Source of the DNA: Octopus bimaculoides
Lineage: Eukaryota
DNA length: 64,000 nucleotides
Direction: 5' to 3'
Assembly (NCBI RefSeq): GCF_001194135.2
Contig: NC_068983.1
Span: forward strand, 166,384,641 to 166,448,640
Part shown: one piece after another, positions 50,750 to 64,000 of the stretch
Layout: every line of letters begins with the position of its first letter
Position numbering within the stretch: the stretch's first letter is position 1
Made by a program: the position numbers and the translations under genes
Notes under the pieces: model-generated
What the model saw: only the letters and a program-made list of their open reading frames with translations
What the model was told of the DNA's origin: nothing
Databases searched by the model: none

Positions 50750-51030
50750 CCTTCATCATCACAGGATCCACTTTCCATGCTTGCATGTGTCACAATTCCC
50801 TGAGGTAGATTTTCTAGACAGATACTCATTCTCTTGCCAATCTTCAATTGTTTCCAAGCAAAGCAATATTTCCTTGTGAGCAGATTTGTCTAGCAAATCC
50901 ACTCGCAAAGTTTTGGTTGGCTATGGCTACAGTAGAAAGACATTTGTCCAAGAAGTTACACAGTGAGAATGAACTTGAAACTATGTGGTTTGGAAAGTGA
51001 ACTTCTTAACCACAAAGCAATATCTGCACC
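50750..51030 (-). mobile_element. tRNA-head SINE with RTE-type tail
   Basis: TCCACTTTCCATGCTTGCATG tail and AACTTCTTAACCAC head. Confidence 0.7.
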
Positions 51031-53827
51031 TAATGTAAATATTAGTTTATGTAATGAAGAGAGGGCATGTCATTAACAATAATGCTATTATTAATATATA
51101 AGGCTCTGCAAATATGTAACAGACATACATGTGTAGAGAGTTGATTGATGGAATGTAATGAGAAGCATTACACAGTATGTAAATAAATAGAGGTGCATAA
51201 TGTAAACTTACAGGTGTGTTTGTAGTGAACATGTTTTTAGCTTCAACCATGAGAAGTAGATATTGAGATCATAAAAAAAAAGAGAGAGATATATAGTAAC
51301 TTCTTTTAATAGTTAAGGTTTAAAATGTTTTTACACTAGACATACTCATCTCTCCTTATCTGTGTAAGTGTGTGAAGAAAATTCAAGTGGTGGGTCTGTA
51401 CCTATATTTAGTAACTATATCATTAATTCCATATTATGATTTCATGTCAATATCTGTGTAGGTGTTAATCCAAAGAAGCTTACTCATACTCAGTAGAAAT
51501 GAAGGAAGATGGGTTTCACATAAGTTGAATGGAATACTTACTACAAATAGTTACACAAACAAGCATAAAATCACAAAAAGGATGACCATCCTCATAACAA
51601 AAAATATCTGTAATGATGCCTAATAAGCTCACCAAAACTGTAATTAAGGAATTTAGTATCTTAATGCTTAGCAACCAAATTCCTAACAAAATATAATTCC
51701 CAAGCAATCAGGCTTATTAACAGAAACTTTCAGAGCTACAAAATTTAGAAAATAGAAAATGATTCAGTCAACAGAACTTTCCATCTAAAGCATTGTTTGT
51801 TTGTTTTTGTGGTCTGGACAAAGTAGTTCTACCTATGGCTTTTACAGCCACTCGGACATTAGAGAGAGTGGTTAGTTAACATTCGTGAACAACCTTAAAT
51901 CAATGACTGCAGGAAGAACAAGTGTAAAAAGGAATTTTATCAGGTCAGCATTCTGAGGTAGGAGGACTGGGTTAACTGTTAGTGAGGACATAATATGGGT
52001 GATATGAGGAGGAAAGAAAAGAGAATTAGAAGTGCCTGAAAGGAAATGGTGTGAGAGCAGCCAGATCTAAAGAATAAGGGCTACAGCAGAAGCAGAAAGT
52101 AAGAGAGAGGGGGGAGATAGCATATCTGTGGGCAAGGGGTTGAAGTACCTTTTTTTCACTGAAAAATTTATCAATGAAAAAATAATCAAAATATATGTTA
52201 GTCAATTTGACAAAGGTTGTTGACATGTTTCATTGACAATATCTTCATATATATAGAGAAAAAATGTTAATGAGGTCTTATGAAGTTAAAACAGTTTATA
52301 ATTAGAAATGTGACACAAGCTTCATGAAGATCCAGTCTTTGGTGACATGACAGGGTTAGAAACTGTAAGAAATCTCACAAGTTCACCAAAAATTCTAAGA
52401 GTATAAAACCCTGGAATCTAAATATAACTGGCAAAGTTTCATGTCAGCAACAATTGGCCCAAAGAAGAGTTCATTGAAAGTTGATGACTATGTGGAGGGT
52501 AAAGTCTGATGTTTTGGGTCCTTGCCCTTCAATGGATTGTAAGGAAAAACAGCTATTATTGGCATCAACATAGCCAGATTACTAAAATATATGAGTCACT
52601 GCTCAGCCACAAAGCTGTTGAAAATTGCAGCCAAATCTGGCTCAAATCATATACTTCCACCTTAAAAAAAAGGAAACTTTGGCTAATGTAGTCCTAGATA
52701 CTTTTTGACTAGATAAGAGACAAAATGGTCATGATTAAAAGAAATACCTCTGATCATAAGTCTACTCAATCAAGGCTAACTTGGTAATTAACAACTTCAA
52801 GAATACTGGCTTAAATAAAACAGAAAAAAAAAACATTTTTTCTTACAGAGTCGTGAGGCATCAAATTTGTAGAGTCAAAGAAAATTAAACTATGTGATAT
52901 TCATGTCTTTTGCTAAAAGCCTTCGCAACAAAATGAAGTGACATACATCATCCTGTTACAAAACACCTACTGCAAAAGTTTATATCAAATATTCCAAATT
53001 AAGAGTTAGAAGCAGGGCATTGTCATCAATTTTAAATATACTTTCCATGCTTGCACAGTTCAAACCATCACATACTATAAAATATGTCTTTTTAAAATTA
53101 ATAAAACAAGAATAAATCCAGAAGTACTAAAACTAAAATAGTTATACTACAAGACTTTTTTTTCTTTGCATGCTTTTTAAATAATGGCAACATTTTTAAA
53201 GTATGGGAATTGTAGTGTGGTGGGAAAACACTTGGTAATAGCAAGCAATTGTTTATTTTGTTCACCTAAGCATTTAGGTAGATTTCATTTATTTTACAGC
53301 AATAACTAGTTTACTGTTGAGCCAAGACAAAATAGCGTGAGATATTTAAAAGTGAACTTCCTTCTTCAACACATACTGATAGTAACAAGCTATGGCATGT
53401 CAATGATAACTTTGTATTTTACTATTCTCTATAGAATTTTAAAGATATTTGAAAACATAACTGTTGTTGGCATTGTTTATTGTTTTGTGTCTAACAAAAG
53501 TTTATATATATATATATATATATATAAATATATATATCAAGCAATGTTGTTATTTAGATATTTCATGATTGGTATGATGCTATTTGGAAGATTACTGTGA
53601 TAGTTGCATTGGGTTGTTGATTTTGGTATCCTGATATATATGTAGAACTCTCAAGTGAAGCCCTGTGCAACCACATGAAAATCATGAGATGAGAGATGAA
53701 CAATCTGGCAGCCATAAAAGGGGTGATACCACTACACACGTGGAGGATGATGCTAGGAACTGTGCAGCATGGCCCTCAGAAGTGAGCTATGTAACTTGAA
53801 GTTACAAACATTCAATATATTTTCTAA

Positions 53828-55000
53828 ATGAGTGAAACACAACATATGGCAATGAGGATGACATCCGGAAAACATTTAAACTTGAACAACTTGGAAGAAG
53901 CTAATGCCTGGCTGATACAGCTCAAAGCAAAAACTGAATGCGATGATGTTGAACATGTCAGAAAGAAGTCGACACTTCTTTCTACCTGTGGAGTTGAAGC
54001 TATAATGAAGTTAAACGATATCCGTTTCCCAGTAAGTCTTGAGAATACAACATACCAATAAATAACAAATGCATTGGAACAACTAATGAAGCTGAAGGAG
54101 AGACTGTTAATTGCAGACCAATTAAAATTATTGGAACTAAAGCAACTGGAAGATGAGTCAATCAACAACTTTCTTCTTAGGATTAATTCTCAAGCTTCTT
54201 TCTATCATTTGAATACGAATATACAATTACAAGTATGTTATCAATGTTTGGAACATATGCCTAATCCATATGCACATGTTCCCAGGGCCCAGAAATAGAC
54301 CACGAATCATTTGCCTTTAGTAAATTTGGCCTAACCCTCTGGTAACTATCACAACATTTGACAAACTTCTCCACCGAGTAAGCCAACCCAGGCCACCAAA
54401 CACAGAGTCGTGCCTTCTTAAATGTTTGTTGAATGCCCATGTGTGTGTCGTTTATTTTTAGCTCGTGCTGTGGCTCTATAAGGTGCTGGGATAAACAGAC
54501 AATTTTTATGATATAATATGCCATTTTCGCATGTTAGGAAATCCTTCTCTCTAACAAATGCATGTTCCAGATTTGAGACCAATCTCCAATTTTGCTGTAA
54601 AATACTTTCTTTTATTTTGTTATATAATACGTTTGCATGAATCAAGGTATTCTTGTGTCCTAATCACTTGACTGAGGCAGGAAAAAGCAAGCTGCTTGAA
54701 GTCTTTGCTCGTTCTGGTGTGCCCACAGCTTAAGTATCAGACAAAGGGCCTGAATTTGTTTTATTAAAAAATATGTTGTTGTCAATGGGTTGCAGAAAAA
54801 TTGAGACACCTGCTTACAATCCGGCATTTAACACTGCCGTACAAACTGTGAAAGCTGCACTGAAGACAGGGAATTTCAGCAACTACTTGAACAAAATTCT
54901 GTTCAACTATTATGACTGGCCAAAAAGTTAATGAAAAGACCATTGAGAGTTGCTGTAAACCCATTCTTGTAAAGTCGCTACTCAATACTGACAAACCTAT
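53828..55000 (+). mobile_element. Rearranged Gypsy-type LTR retrotransposon remnant (gag, inverted integrase N-terminus, integrase core)
   Basis: (+) gag KKSTLLSTCG..Q..DESINNFLLRI (53828-54210). (-) H..THMGI..ARLCVWWPGL..VKCCDSYQ..WEHVHMD (54210-54655). (+) EVFARSGVP..VSDKGPEF..PAYNPA..AVQTVK (54690-54870). Confidence 0.85.
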
Positions 55001-55764
55001 GACACACTATATGGGTGTAATCTGTGAGAGCCATTTCACTTTAGAAAGCCCTTTGCTTTCTCTCCTGCTCACTGCTGTACTGCTATTCTGAGTGATCAGC
55101 TGAAATACTCAACAACATTTATAGAGTTCCCAAGGATTTAAGTCACAATTCAACACCGACACACCAGTTAGACACTACATGAAGAATTTGTTAGTACGTT
55201 TTCAGAGATAAACAAGAAAAATGTTATTTAACAGATAAGGGAGTGGGGAAGATAGCATAGGATTTGAAAATCCCTTGCATTCTCTCCTGCCAGCTGGTGT
55301 ACAGCTATTGAGAATGATCAGCTGAGATGATGAGGCACAGGTAAACAGGCCAATTGCCAGTTTGTCAGGTCCTAAAGAACCCATCTATTTCTGGTGACAG
55401 GTGACATTTGAACTTAGAAAACTCAGGGAAGAAACAAATACAAGATGTCTTGTCCAATACTTCCACAAATCCACTATCCTGGGCTAGTGCTTTATCAAAC
55501 TTAAACATAATACATGTTAGACATGGATGGTGTCATAAACCAGAGCAGAAAACCAGAACAAACAAAAGGTATTCTATCTGACATTCTATTGAGTCTATCA
55601 ATTCACTGCTTTGATATTTTTATGTAAGAAATAATATACATGTTTTTGTTTAGTTTTTCATTTTTATCTTTTAGTCAGGTGAGGAGGGCAATGCCTATGA
55701 CTTTTCAGGGTGTTTCTGTGATTAAGTTGACCTCACACCTAAGTATCCATAATGTTGGGTGAAC

Positions 55765-56000
55765 TTAGCTCTTTTGTTAATATATTTCTGCTGAAATACA
55801 CAGCCTTTGTTTCAATTTTCTTTTTTAAATAATGAAGAAATTAGTAAAATAATTCAGTCATTATTAAGCTGGTGTTTGGAGCATAAATTAACACAAAAGT
55901 TTGTTGGAAGGTTTTAATTTAAATCATTTTAAAACAAGAATTTTGTATCAGAGAACCAGAGACAATCTCACTTAGGTTAAGGTTGATATTAAAAAAGTAA
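55765..56000 (+). mobile_element. TTAA-type MITE copy
   Basis: Shared body; decayed ends. Confidence 0.65.
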
Positions 56001-57469
56001 AATGAATTTGGTATATCAGATGCTTGCAGAAAACATGGAAAAAGAACATTTTATTTTCTATTATGATACTTTAAGTAATCTAAGGAGAACTTACATATTA
56101 AATTATATGTATACATACAGATCTATATAATCCTCACATTGTGTTACGTTACATAAACCTTTATACATATGATTTTAATATACAAAAGTGAATTATTTTG
56201 TAGGTTATTATTATAGCAAGAAGTTTCAATGCCACCACTCCTGTTATTAGGAATGTCATCCAACAACTAATACATTTGTTTCAAGAAAATTAACCATTCA
56301 AGCGTGGGAAAACTGGAACATTAAATCAGCAACGACAATAAATTGTCTAAAATAATCTAATTAAAACAAGAATCACATAAAAAGCCTATTATTTTCTTAC
56401 ATTCCAAATCATTCATGTTCTAAACTAGTTTTTTTACTCATGCCACTATTATTACTCATATAACATGAAACACTTTTCATAGTAACCTTTCTTTAGTTAC
56501 TCCATCTTGTCACACAGTTCAAGTCTCATCTTTACTTTGTGAACATGCCAACATTTCATAGTCTCTATGAAAATTCAATATTATTCTTTGATCAAATAAC
56601 CTCCCAGGAAAGTTTTTTTTTTTTTTCATCTACATTTCTTCAATCGATTGATCTTCAAATGATAAATGCAATGCAAGTTCCTCAGATTATATTGATTAAT
56701 TTATTAACCGTTTTAGATATTGTTACAAACAAGTCCAATAATTTTCTTTTAAACCATTTCATCTCAGAATAGCCCCATGGTCAATAGTTTAAATCCAGAA
56801 ATGTTTCCAAGTTGTACAAGAATTATTCTGATTGATTTCAGTTGAAAATGGAATATTCAATGGAATGTTATATAAGAGAACCATTGAACTTTGAGGGACA
56901 AACAAATTAATAGAACAATGAAATCCTGCTACTCCACTTTGTATGCGCTGATCGGTATTTATAAAGGGGAAAAATTAACCACTAACTAGAATATGTAGTT
57001 TCAATTCTAAATGAATGTGCGTGCGTGTGTGAACAGACACACACATTCTTTCTTGAAATATAAACCAGAAAATAAAAACAGCAATCCAGAGTTATTCTAT
57101 TTTTGTTACAATCATTCTATCAAAGCAAAGTAAAATATACTTTCCTACAAATATGACGGTGTTAGCAATAATGGAGATAATGAATATATATAATATACAC
57201 ATAGAGAGAGAGAGAGCACGTGATCAAGTGCAGAGCTCCAACATTGTTAATTTAAGTGACACGAGAAGAGTTTTCAGCTAAACAAGTAGAAAAGGCAAAT
57301 TAATTGAATTATATAAAATATTTCCTCTTCTTGTCTTTTTTTTTTTATACACTGACATTTAGACAAACAAAATGAGTAAACAGTTGACATCTATAGACTA
57401 ATTGACTAACATACTATAATGATGCAGTGTAGATCTTCAGTACAAACTCGTGGCAATTCATATCCATAG

Positions 57470-57850
57470 GTGCAAGCACAGCTGTGTGGTGAAAAAGTTT
57501 GCTTGCCAACCACGTGGTTTCAGTGTCAGTCTCACTGTATGGCACCTTGGGTATGTCTTCTCCAATAGACCCAGGTTGACCAAAACCTTGTGACCAGATT
57601 TGGCAGACAGAACCTGAAAGAAGTCTGACATATGTGTGCATGTCCCATAGTTTTGATATCTATTGCACAGTAGCTGTAAGCAAGTTGTGTTTGTTGCCAG
57701 CCTTCTGTGTAAAAATGCCCATTATAGGGAAATATTACATTGCTTGGAAACAGGTGACAGGAACGGCATCCAACCATAGAAATTCTGTTTCAATGAATTC
57801 CATCTGGCCAATGTAAGCATGAAAAAGTTCACCTTAAAATAATGATGAAA
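57470..57850 (+). mobile_element. tRNA-head SINE with RTE-type tail
   Basis: AAAAGTTTGCTTGCCAACCAC head; GGAACGGCATCCAAC tail core. Confidence 0.78.
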
Positions 57851-58918
57851 GAATATAAACAAATGTAATTGCTGTGTTAGGTAGGACAAAGGAGGTGAGC
57901 AATACTTGTACTTTTCTTATGCTGAAACTGTAATTTTGATAGAAAGAGCTCATGCTTTCTTTGAGTTAATCTAAGTTGATGTTTATAAGCAAAATGTGAG
58001 TAGTGAAGTTGCAGGATTATGTAAAGTGTTTAATACAGTAGGAGTGAGGGGGGTAGATAACAGAGAATTATGAAACTTTAGAAGAGTAGAAACAGCTGCA
58101 AATGTAACAAAAGAAATCAAAGAGAAAATGACTTGTTTGTAATTTTATAGTGTTAATAAAAGAAGGTTTGCCTAACAAGAAACTGGATGTTCCTTTGGGT
58201 GAGGTCCAGAATGTGCATACTGAAATCACATCATAGCAAATTCAAGAGAAATAGAGTAGTAAATGTAGAGGATTAACAACTGTTGAGGAATGATGGGGGA
58301 AGAGTATTTGTGGGGGAGCAATCAGCCTTTCTGATGCTGTCTTGTCTACATGATAGATATGACAAAGGTCATTGGCGATAGTAAAGCTTACCAAGTTACT
58401 GTCTGGCTAATTCTCATTTTGACAATAGTAAATTACAAGAAGCTATTTTCTATTTTGATAATGTTCTGGGAGAACATTATTATGCGACTGATAACCAAAA
58501 TTTCAATAGTTTTTTATGTCCATTAGTGAAGAGAAATACTTACTTCACTTAAGAGATCCTAATGGATTTTTTATTTTTTTATTTATGCTTTGGGTTTTAT
58601 TATTATCAAATTGTTTTCCTTTTTAACCAACCAGGATATTTAAATCTATAAACCAAATACTTTTAAGGCCTTGCTAAGATTTCAAGAACAATCTAGAGTA
58701 CAATGTTAAAAGGAAAAAATAATCTTGCTAGTCACCAAATTACTACTTACTAAATCTGACCAGAAATAATTCAATGCAAATAAAATTTTTCATATTTTTA
58801 CTTTCCTTATTGTCTTATGTTAAGAAAAAATATATTTCACATCAATACTTTTATTACAACACAGATTCTGCTAATGTTTTACAACCATCATAAATTTAAT
58901 GCTATTTTCACATATGGA

Positions 58919-58977
<59 letters not shown>

Positions 58978-59083
58978 NNNNNNNNNNNNNNNNNNNNNNN
59001 NNNNNNNNNNNNNNNNNNNNNNNNNNNNNNNNNNNNNNNNNNNNNNNNNNNNNNNNNNNNNNNNNNNNNNNNNNNNNNNNNNN

Positions 59084-59123
<40 letters not shown>

Positions 59124-59330
59124 TAAAGCTGCAAAAGCATTACAAAAATATCACAAAAAAACTACTACTCAGAGTTTCGTCAGGCAGTTGTGATCCAGAA
59201 AAGAATAAGAATTTAGGTTATACGTATAATTTATATTATGATATAATTCACATTGACAGATTGACAGATACACATTTGAACTTGACTGGTCGTTTCCCAA
59301 ACCCATGGGTTAATTTTTTAAAACAGTCTT

Positions 59331-59365
<35 letters not shown>

Positions 59366-59767
59366 TTAACGTCCGCTTTCCATGCTAGCATGGGTTGGAC
59401 GATTTACCATTAATCAATTTACTTTGGACATGCATCATTTCTTTTTAACCTAAATATTTCTCTGACTCAAGATTTTTTCAATTTTATACAACACAATATT
59501 CGTGTCTTTTTTATTTTAATTTCTATTTATTTTTTAATTTTCTATTTACATTTACTGTCTCAGTTTCAATACTTTTGAAAAACTGTTAGTTGAAATGACC
59601 AATCAAACTCAAATGTGTATCAGTCAATGTGAATCATATCATAATATAAATTATACCTATAACTTAAATTCTTATTCCATTCTGGATCATAACTGCCTGA
59701 CGAACGGGAGTGTGAAACTCTGAGTAACAGTTTTTTTGTGATTTTTTGTAATGTTTTTGCAGCTTTA
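59124..59767. mobile_element. Inverted repeat (59124-59296 / 59592-59767) carrying a hammerhead; probable Penelope-like pseudo-LTR pair
   Basis: Arms of ~175 bp align. An RTE-tail fragment (59330-59405) sits in the spacer. Confidence 0.8.
59691..59732 (+). ncRNA. Minimal type-I hammerhead ribozyme, intact core
   Basis: AACTGC-CTGACGA-ACG(GGAG)TGT-GAAA-CTCTGAG-TA-ACAGTT. The inverted copy (59160-59189) lacks stem II but restores the first stem-I pair. Confidence 0.75.
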
Positions 59768-59844
59768 ATAACAAAGCATATTACTCTACCTCCAATATTT
59801 GAGTACTATTTTTTCCTACCTTGTTTCACATTTGTGCTTACTCT

Positions 59845-59898
<54 letters not shown>

Positions 59899-59959
59899 TG
59901 CATAGGTTCCATCTAACCCAGGTCAGCATGGAACATGAGTAATGAAAGATGATGATGTG

Positions 59960-61080
59960 GGTCATCAACACAATCATTCAACATCAATTTCCATGCTGGT
60001 ATGGATTGGAAATTTTGACAGGATCCAGCATAGGGCTACGTCAAGCTACAATGTCACCTTTGGCATGATCTCTCGTTGGATAGCCTTCCTAATGCCAACC
60101 ACTTTACAGTGTACTGGGCACCTTTTCCATGCAACCTGCACTAAAGAGGTTGCTAAATGATTTGGAAGTCAAGAAATGAACAAGAAGGAGAAAGAGGGGA
60201 AAGGAAAAGAAAAAAACAAAAAAAGCCTCCTTAACTAAGTGGAGGTGGTAGTATTGAAGAGGGAGGGTAAGGGTTCTATACCAGGTGTTGATACTAGTAT
60301 GTTATGGAAGAACAAGTTCAGGTGTCTTGCAATAAAGATACAAGGCCACACTTGTGGGTGGGAGTAGCTAGAAGGCTGGAGTGATTGGAGTGGTGGTGGG
60401 ATGCCAAAGCATCTCAAGATACAAGGTGGGTGTAAGAGAGAATGCAAGTAGTGGATTGCAGAGAAGGGCAGAAGGGGTAAGTTTCATGATGGTGTAGAGA
60501 GATAGTTTGAGATGGGGTGGAGGTGAATATAGCAAACGATGGTGAGAGATATAGGAGTGGTTCAGGGAGATTAATGAAGGTGGGGTGTGAGAGATATGAA
60601 AGGGCATTGAGAAGGATAGCAGATAAGAGATATGTTAAGAATGGCATATAGCGGAGAAAAGAGGGCAATGACAGAGGGCACAGAAAGGAAGTGATTGGAG
60701 GAAACGATGCAGGCAGGGATGGTAATGAGAAATGGAATTGGTTCCTGAGGGAGGGAGGTAATGGGTAGGGAAGAGGTATGACATGTGCCTATTCTGCTTG
60801 AAGGGTGGGGTGATTACAGCAGCCAAGTGGTACCAGAGATAGAGAAGTAACTGATGTTAGGGAATGAGATACAGAGAGAAATGCTTCATGGAGAAGTCAG
60901 GAACAGAGCTTTACACACACAAACATAACCAAGTGGGGTTTTAGGATATCATCTTTTCAAGCTCAGTAAATTGTCAATCATTTCCATTTCTTGTCTTCTC
61001 TATAAGGTTCAGCACCATGAGATCAGCCTTCACTACTTCATTCCACATTTTCCTGGGTCTCCCTCTTCCACAAGCTCCAC
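59960..61080 (-). mobile_element. Decayed RTE 3' fragment with CT-rich UTR
   Basis: Tail core GCCTTCCTAATGCCAACCAC at ~60085; purine-rich tract 60180-60900; RTE C-terminal homology 60930-61080. Confidence 0.7.
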
Positions 61081-61574
61081 CCAGTGTGCGAGTGCGTGTT
61101 TCTTGCAAGGTATCTGATTAACCACTCCTGGCCCTTGTGTGGATCAGGCATGTACAATTGGAAAATGCAAGGTATAACTTTCTTTCAAAGAAACTATACC
61201 TTACATTGCAAATCATCTGAAAACACTATGTGCTATTTTTGCACTATGAATGGACAAACATTGTCAGTACTTGGCACAAACTAGACCGACCAGTTTAAAA
61301 ATCCAAATTTCTGTACATTGTACATAGCTAAAAGCTTACTAATCTCTCCATGGAGCACCCTTTCTCTGGTAAAGATCTAAGACTAGAAACTGACCAGATC
61401 AACCCGGCATTTTTTTCACTGTCCACAGAGAGAGATAAAATCATGTGAAGTAAGAACTTTGTTCAGGCTTTGCAGAGAAGCTAAAACTACATGTTTATAA
61501 GAAAAAACATACCTTTCATTTCAAATTATCCAGAAATGCTATTTATTGAATTATGAATCAATGAGCAAAGTGTA

Positions 61575-61945
61575 GGCATAGCTGTGTAGTTAAGAAGCTA
61601 GCATGTAGCCTCAGCTTCAGTCGCACTGCATGGCACTTGCAGCCAAATGTCTTCTGCTTTCGCTCCAGGATGACCAAAACCTTGCAGATAGATTTCATAG
61701 ATGGAAACTGAAAGAAGCCTGTTCCCTTGCCTCAACGTCATATAATGGTCGTGAATGAGCAACAGCATTATATATGCAATGTTATTCGTTTCCAATCTTT
61801 CATAAAAATTATGTCTAACCATGGGAAATATTACCTTGCTTCAAAATTGGTGGGGACTGGCAACAGGAAGGACCTCCAGCCACAGAAACTTGGCCTCAAC
61901 ATATTCTGTCTAACCCATGCAAGAACAGAAAAGTAGAAGCTAAGG
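61575..61945 (+). mobile_element. tRNA-head SINE with RTE-type tail
   Basis: GGAAACTGAAAGAAGCC and GGGAAATATTACCTTGC..AACAGGAAGG cores. Confidence 0.75.
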
Positions 61946-62435
61946 ATTATGTATATGTAATGATGTTTATTTTAAATTCTACATGTTATTTCAAAGAGGT
62001 GAGCTGGTGCATTGCCCATAGCTTTCTCAGAAGATTCAAGACTTGTGAAATTAAGTGTTCAACTTAAAATTTGGCAAAAAAGTGTTTTTTTTTTTTTTTT
62101 AGAAAGTAAACATGGAAAGTGAAGGAGTTTTGGATAATGGCAATTCTGGGGATTAAATGTTGGGCAAAGCACAAGAATTAGTTGAAGCACAGAATGCATA
62201 ACAAGTGAGTCATGTGGCACAGAGCACCATGGTTCAGAGAAATAGCAATAGTTAAAGTATTGAGAGAAAAGACACAGATCGAATGAAGCACATGTAAACA
62301 TGTGGATCAATGTATGTGTATGTTTATATTTACATTTATGTGTGATTTATTTTGCATCTGTGAATATGAATTCAAAAATTCATTCTTTCATTTCTCTGCT
62401 ATATCATTTTAGTTTTGCTGGAGCAGTACCACAAT

Positions 62436-62652
62436 TTAATTCTTTTGTTACCACATTTCTGTTAAAAAAACAGAGTTTTTGCTTGAATTTTGAAAATAAG
62501 AATTTAGGGAAAATAACTGTCATTATTAAGCTCATTTGGGACACAAATACAAAATTTTGAAGAGAGGTTTTAATTTAAATTTGTTTGAAACAAGAAGTTT
62601 GTATTATAGAAACAGAAGCAGCTCTTTGGTGTCTTGATATTAAATGGATTAA
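62436..62652 (+). mobile_element. TTAA-type MITE copy
   Basis: TTAA at 62436-39 and 62649-52; shared body. Confidence 0.7.
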
Positions 62653-62659
62653 ACCATTA

Positions 62660-62990
62660 CCATCATCATTTAACATCTATGTTCCATGCTAGCATGGGTA
62701 AGACAGTACCACAAAAGCTGGCCAGGCCAAAGCCTGCACCCGACTTCTGTGACTGTTTTGGCAGGATTTTTACAGCTGGATGCCCTTCCTAACACCAACC
62801 ACTCAGCAGAGTGGACCTAGTGCTTCATTCATGGCACAAGCACAGGCGAGGTCAGTTTTGGCAAGATTTTTACAGCTTTTTACAGTTTTTACAGGTTTTG
62901 GCAAGGTTTTTACACCAACCACTTTACATTGCGGACTGGGTGCTTTTAAGTGGCACCTGCACTGACAGGGTCACCAAGTACTTGCAAGCA
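62660..62990 (-). mobile_element. RTE-type tail with internal duplication
   Basis: TTTTGGCAGGATTTTTACAGC occurs twice; GGATGCCCTTCCTAACACCAACCAC. Confidence 0.75.
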
Positions 62991-63591
62991 CATATAAAAA
63001 TGTGTGTGAAGATGCCTATATATGTAAACAGGAAAAGTATTTTTTTAATATATTTCTTTATGCTTATTATTGTGCATGTATGATGTTAATGTATAGATTC
63101 AACAAAAAAGTGTGTGTGTATATTTAGAGAGAGAGAGAGAGCAAGAGAGATAAGCAAATATGATACCTCTTTACATGCATGTGTACCCTGTGAGTGTATT
63201 AGGTACTTGTGTATGTGTAATAATGTTATAAATCAGATGAGAAAAAGAGGAAATAATTGAAATCTGTAATAAATTATCAAGAGAATCTGAGATGACCACT
63301 TAAAAGATAACAACAGCATTTGGAGTAGTTTCAGATGCACAAACATATGTACACAAGCACACATGCATGTGTGTGTGTGTATGAGCGGGAGGGTGCATGT
63401 CTGAGTGTGAATATGTAGATTTGGTGGAAGCTGAGATTCCACGAGCTATTACACATTTCAGACCTCCAGCTGTCACACAGAAACATGAAATTTTGGTGTA
63501 ATGGTCAATAAAGTTTTCAGCTTCCGATAAAACTACACATTTTTTGTACAATCTTTTTTATGCCATAGTGTGTTTGTGTGTGTGTGTGCGC

Positions 63592-63622
<31 letters not shown>

Positions 63623-63714
63623 CACGCGCATGAATATCTGTGTCTGTGTAGATATTATGTTGGAAAGAAAGTCATGAAGTGTTTGAAGATGGGAGAGAAA
63701 CAAATTCTCTTTGA

Positions 63715-63925
63715 TCTTGATATATCCAATCAAGATAATATTTCCCCTCATTATTGGTAACATAATCCCCTCTATTTAGCAAATTGTTGATCTCTCAAGC
63801 ATAAAACATTACAGGTTTAAAAGCAAAGAAACACTCAATATCATTGTTAACCTCTTCAAAATTAATAAACTGCTTTCCTTCTAAACACTCTGAAAAGATG
63901 ATAATCCGGTGGAGCAACATCAGCA
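63715..63925 (-). mobile_element. Mariner transposase C-terminal fragment
   Basis: DVAPPDYHLFR / GKQFINFEEVNNDIECFFAFKPVMFY / GDYVTNNEGKY. Confidence 0.7.
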
Positions 63926-63938
63926 CGCACACACGCAT

Positions 63939-64000
<62 letters not shown>

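Noticed and set aside
53560-55450. Paired LTRs and primer-binding site for the Gypsy remnant
   Set aside because: No matching TG..CA direct repeats or convincing tRNA-complementary site found by eye.
63420-63520. Tc1 C-terminal remnant (CDSWR/LKCVIARG)
   Set aside because: Too short and degenerate to support.

Overview
AT-rich (roughly one third GC) eukaryotic scaffold with N gaps. It is dense in (CA)n/(TA)n/(GA)n microsatellites and retroposon debris. The repeat repertoire looks like an octopus (coleoid cephalopod) genome; this is an inference from repeat motifs, not a database result. No intact protein-coding gene could be assembled. Recognisable content: (1) five or more decayed RTE-clade LINE copies with a (GAT)n tail and many SINEs sharing that tail; (2) a second RTE family copy with a twin-priming-type 5' inversion; (3) a HERO/R2-like restriction-endonuclease LINE fragment; (4) a Tc1-like transposon with DD36E spacing and two mariner remnants; (5) a rearranged Gypsy remnant; (6) about eight copies of a TTAA-flanked ~220 bp MITE; (7) a few low-confidence minus-strand host exons. 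The most striking unexplained structure is a set of five long inverted repeats. Three of them (4886-5142, 31589-32327, 59124-59767) carry unrelated minimal type-I hammerhead ribozymes with palindromic stem III. All three point outward and lie next to (TA)n. One encloses a GIY-YIG endonuclease fragment, which fits Penelope-like inverted pseudo-LTRs. All calls were read by eye; most boundaries are approximate (+/-10-20 nt) unless a motif defines them.
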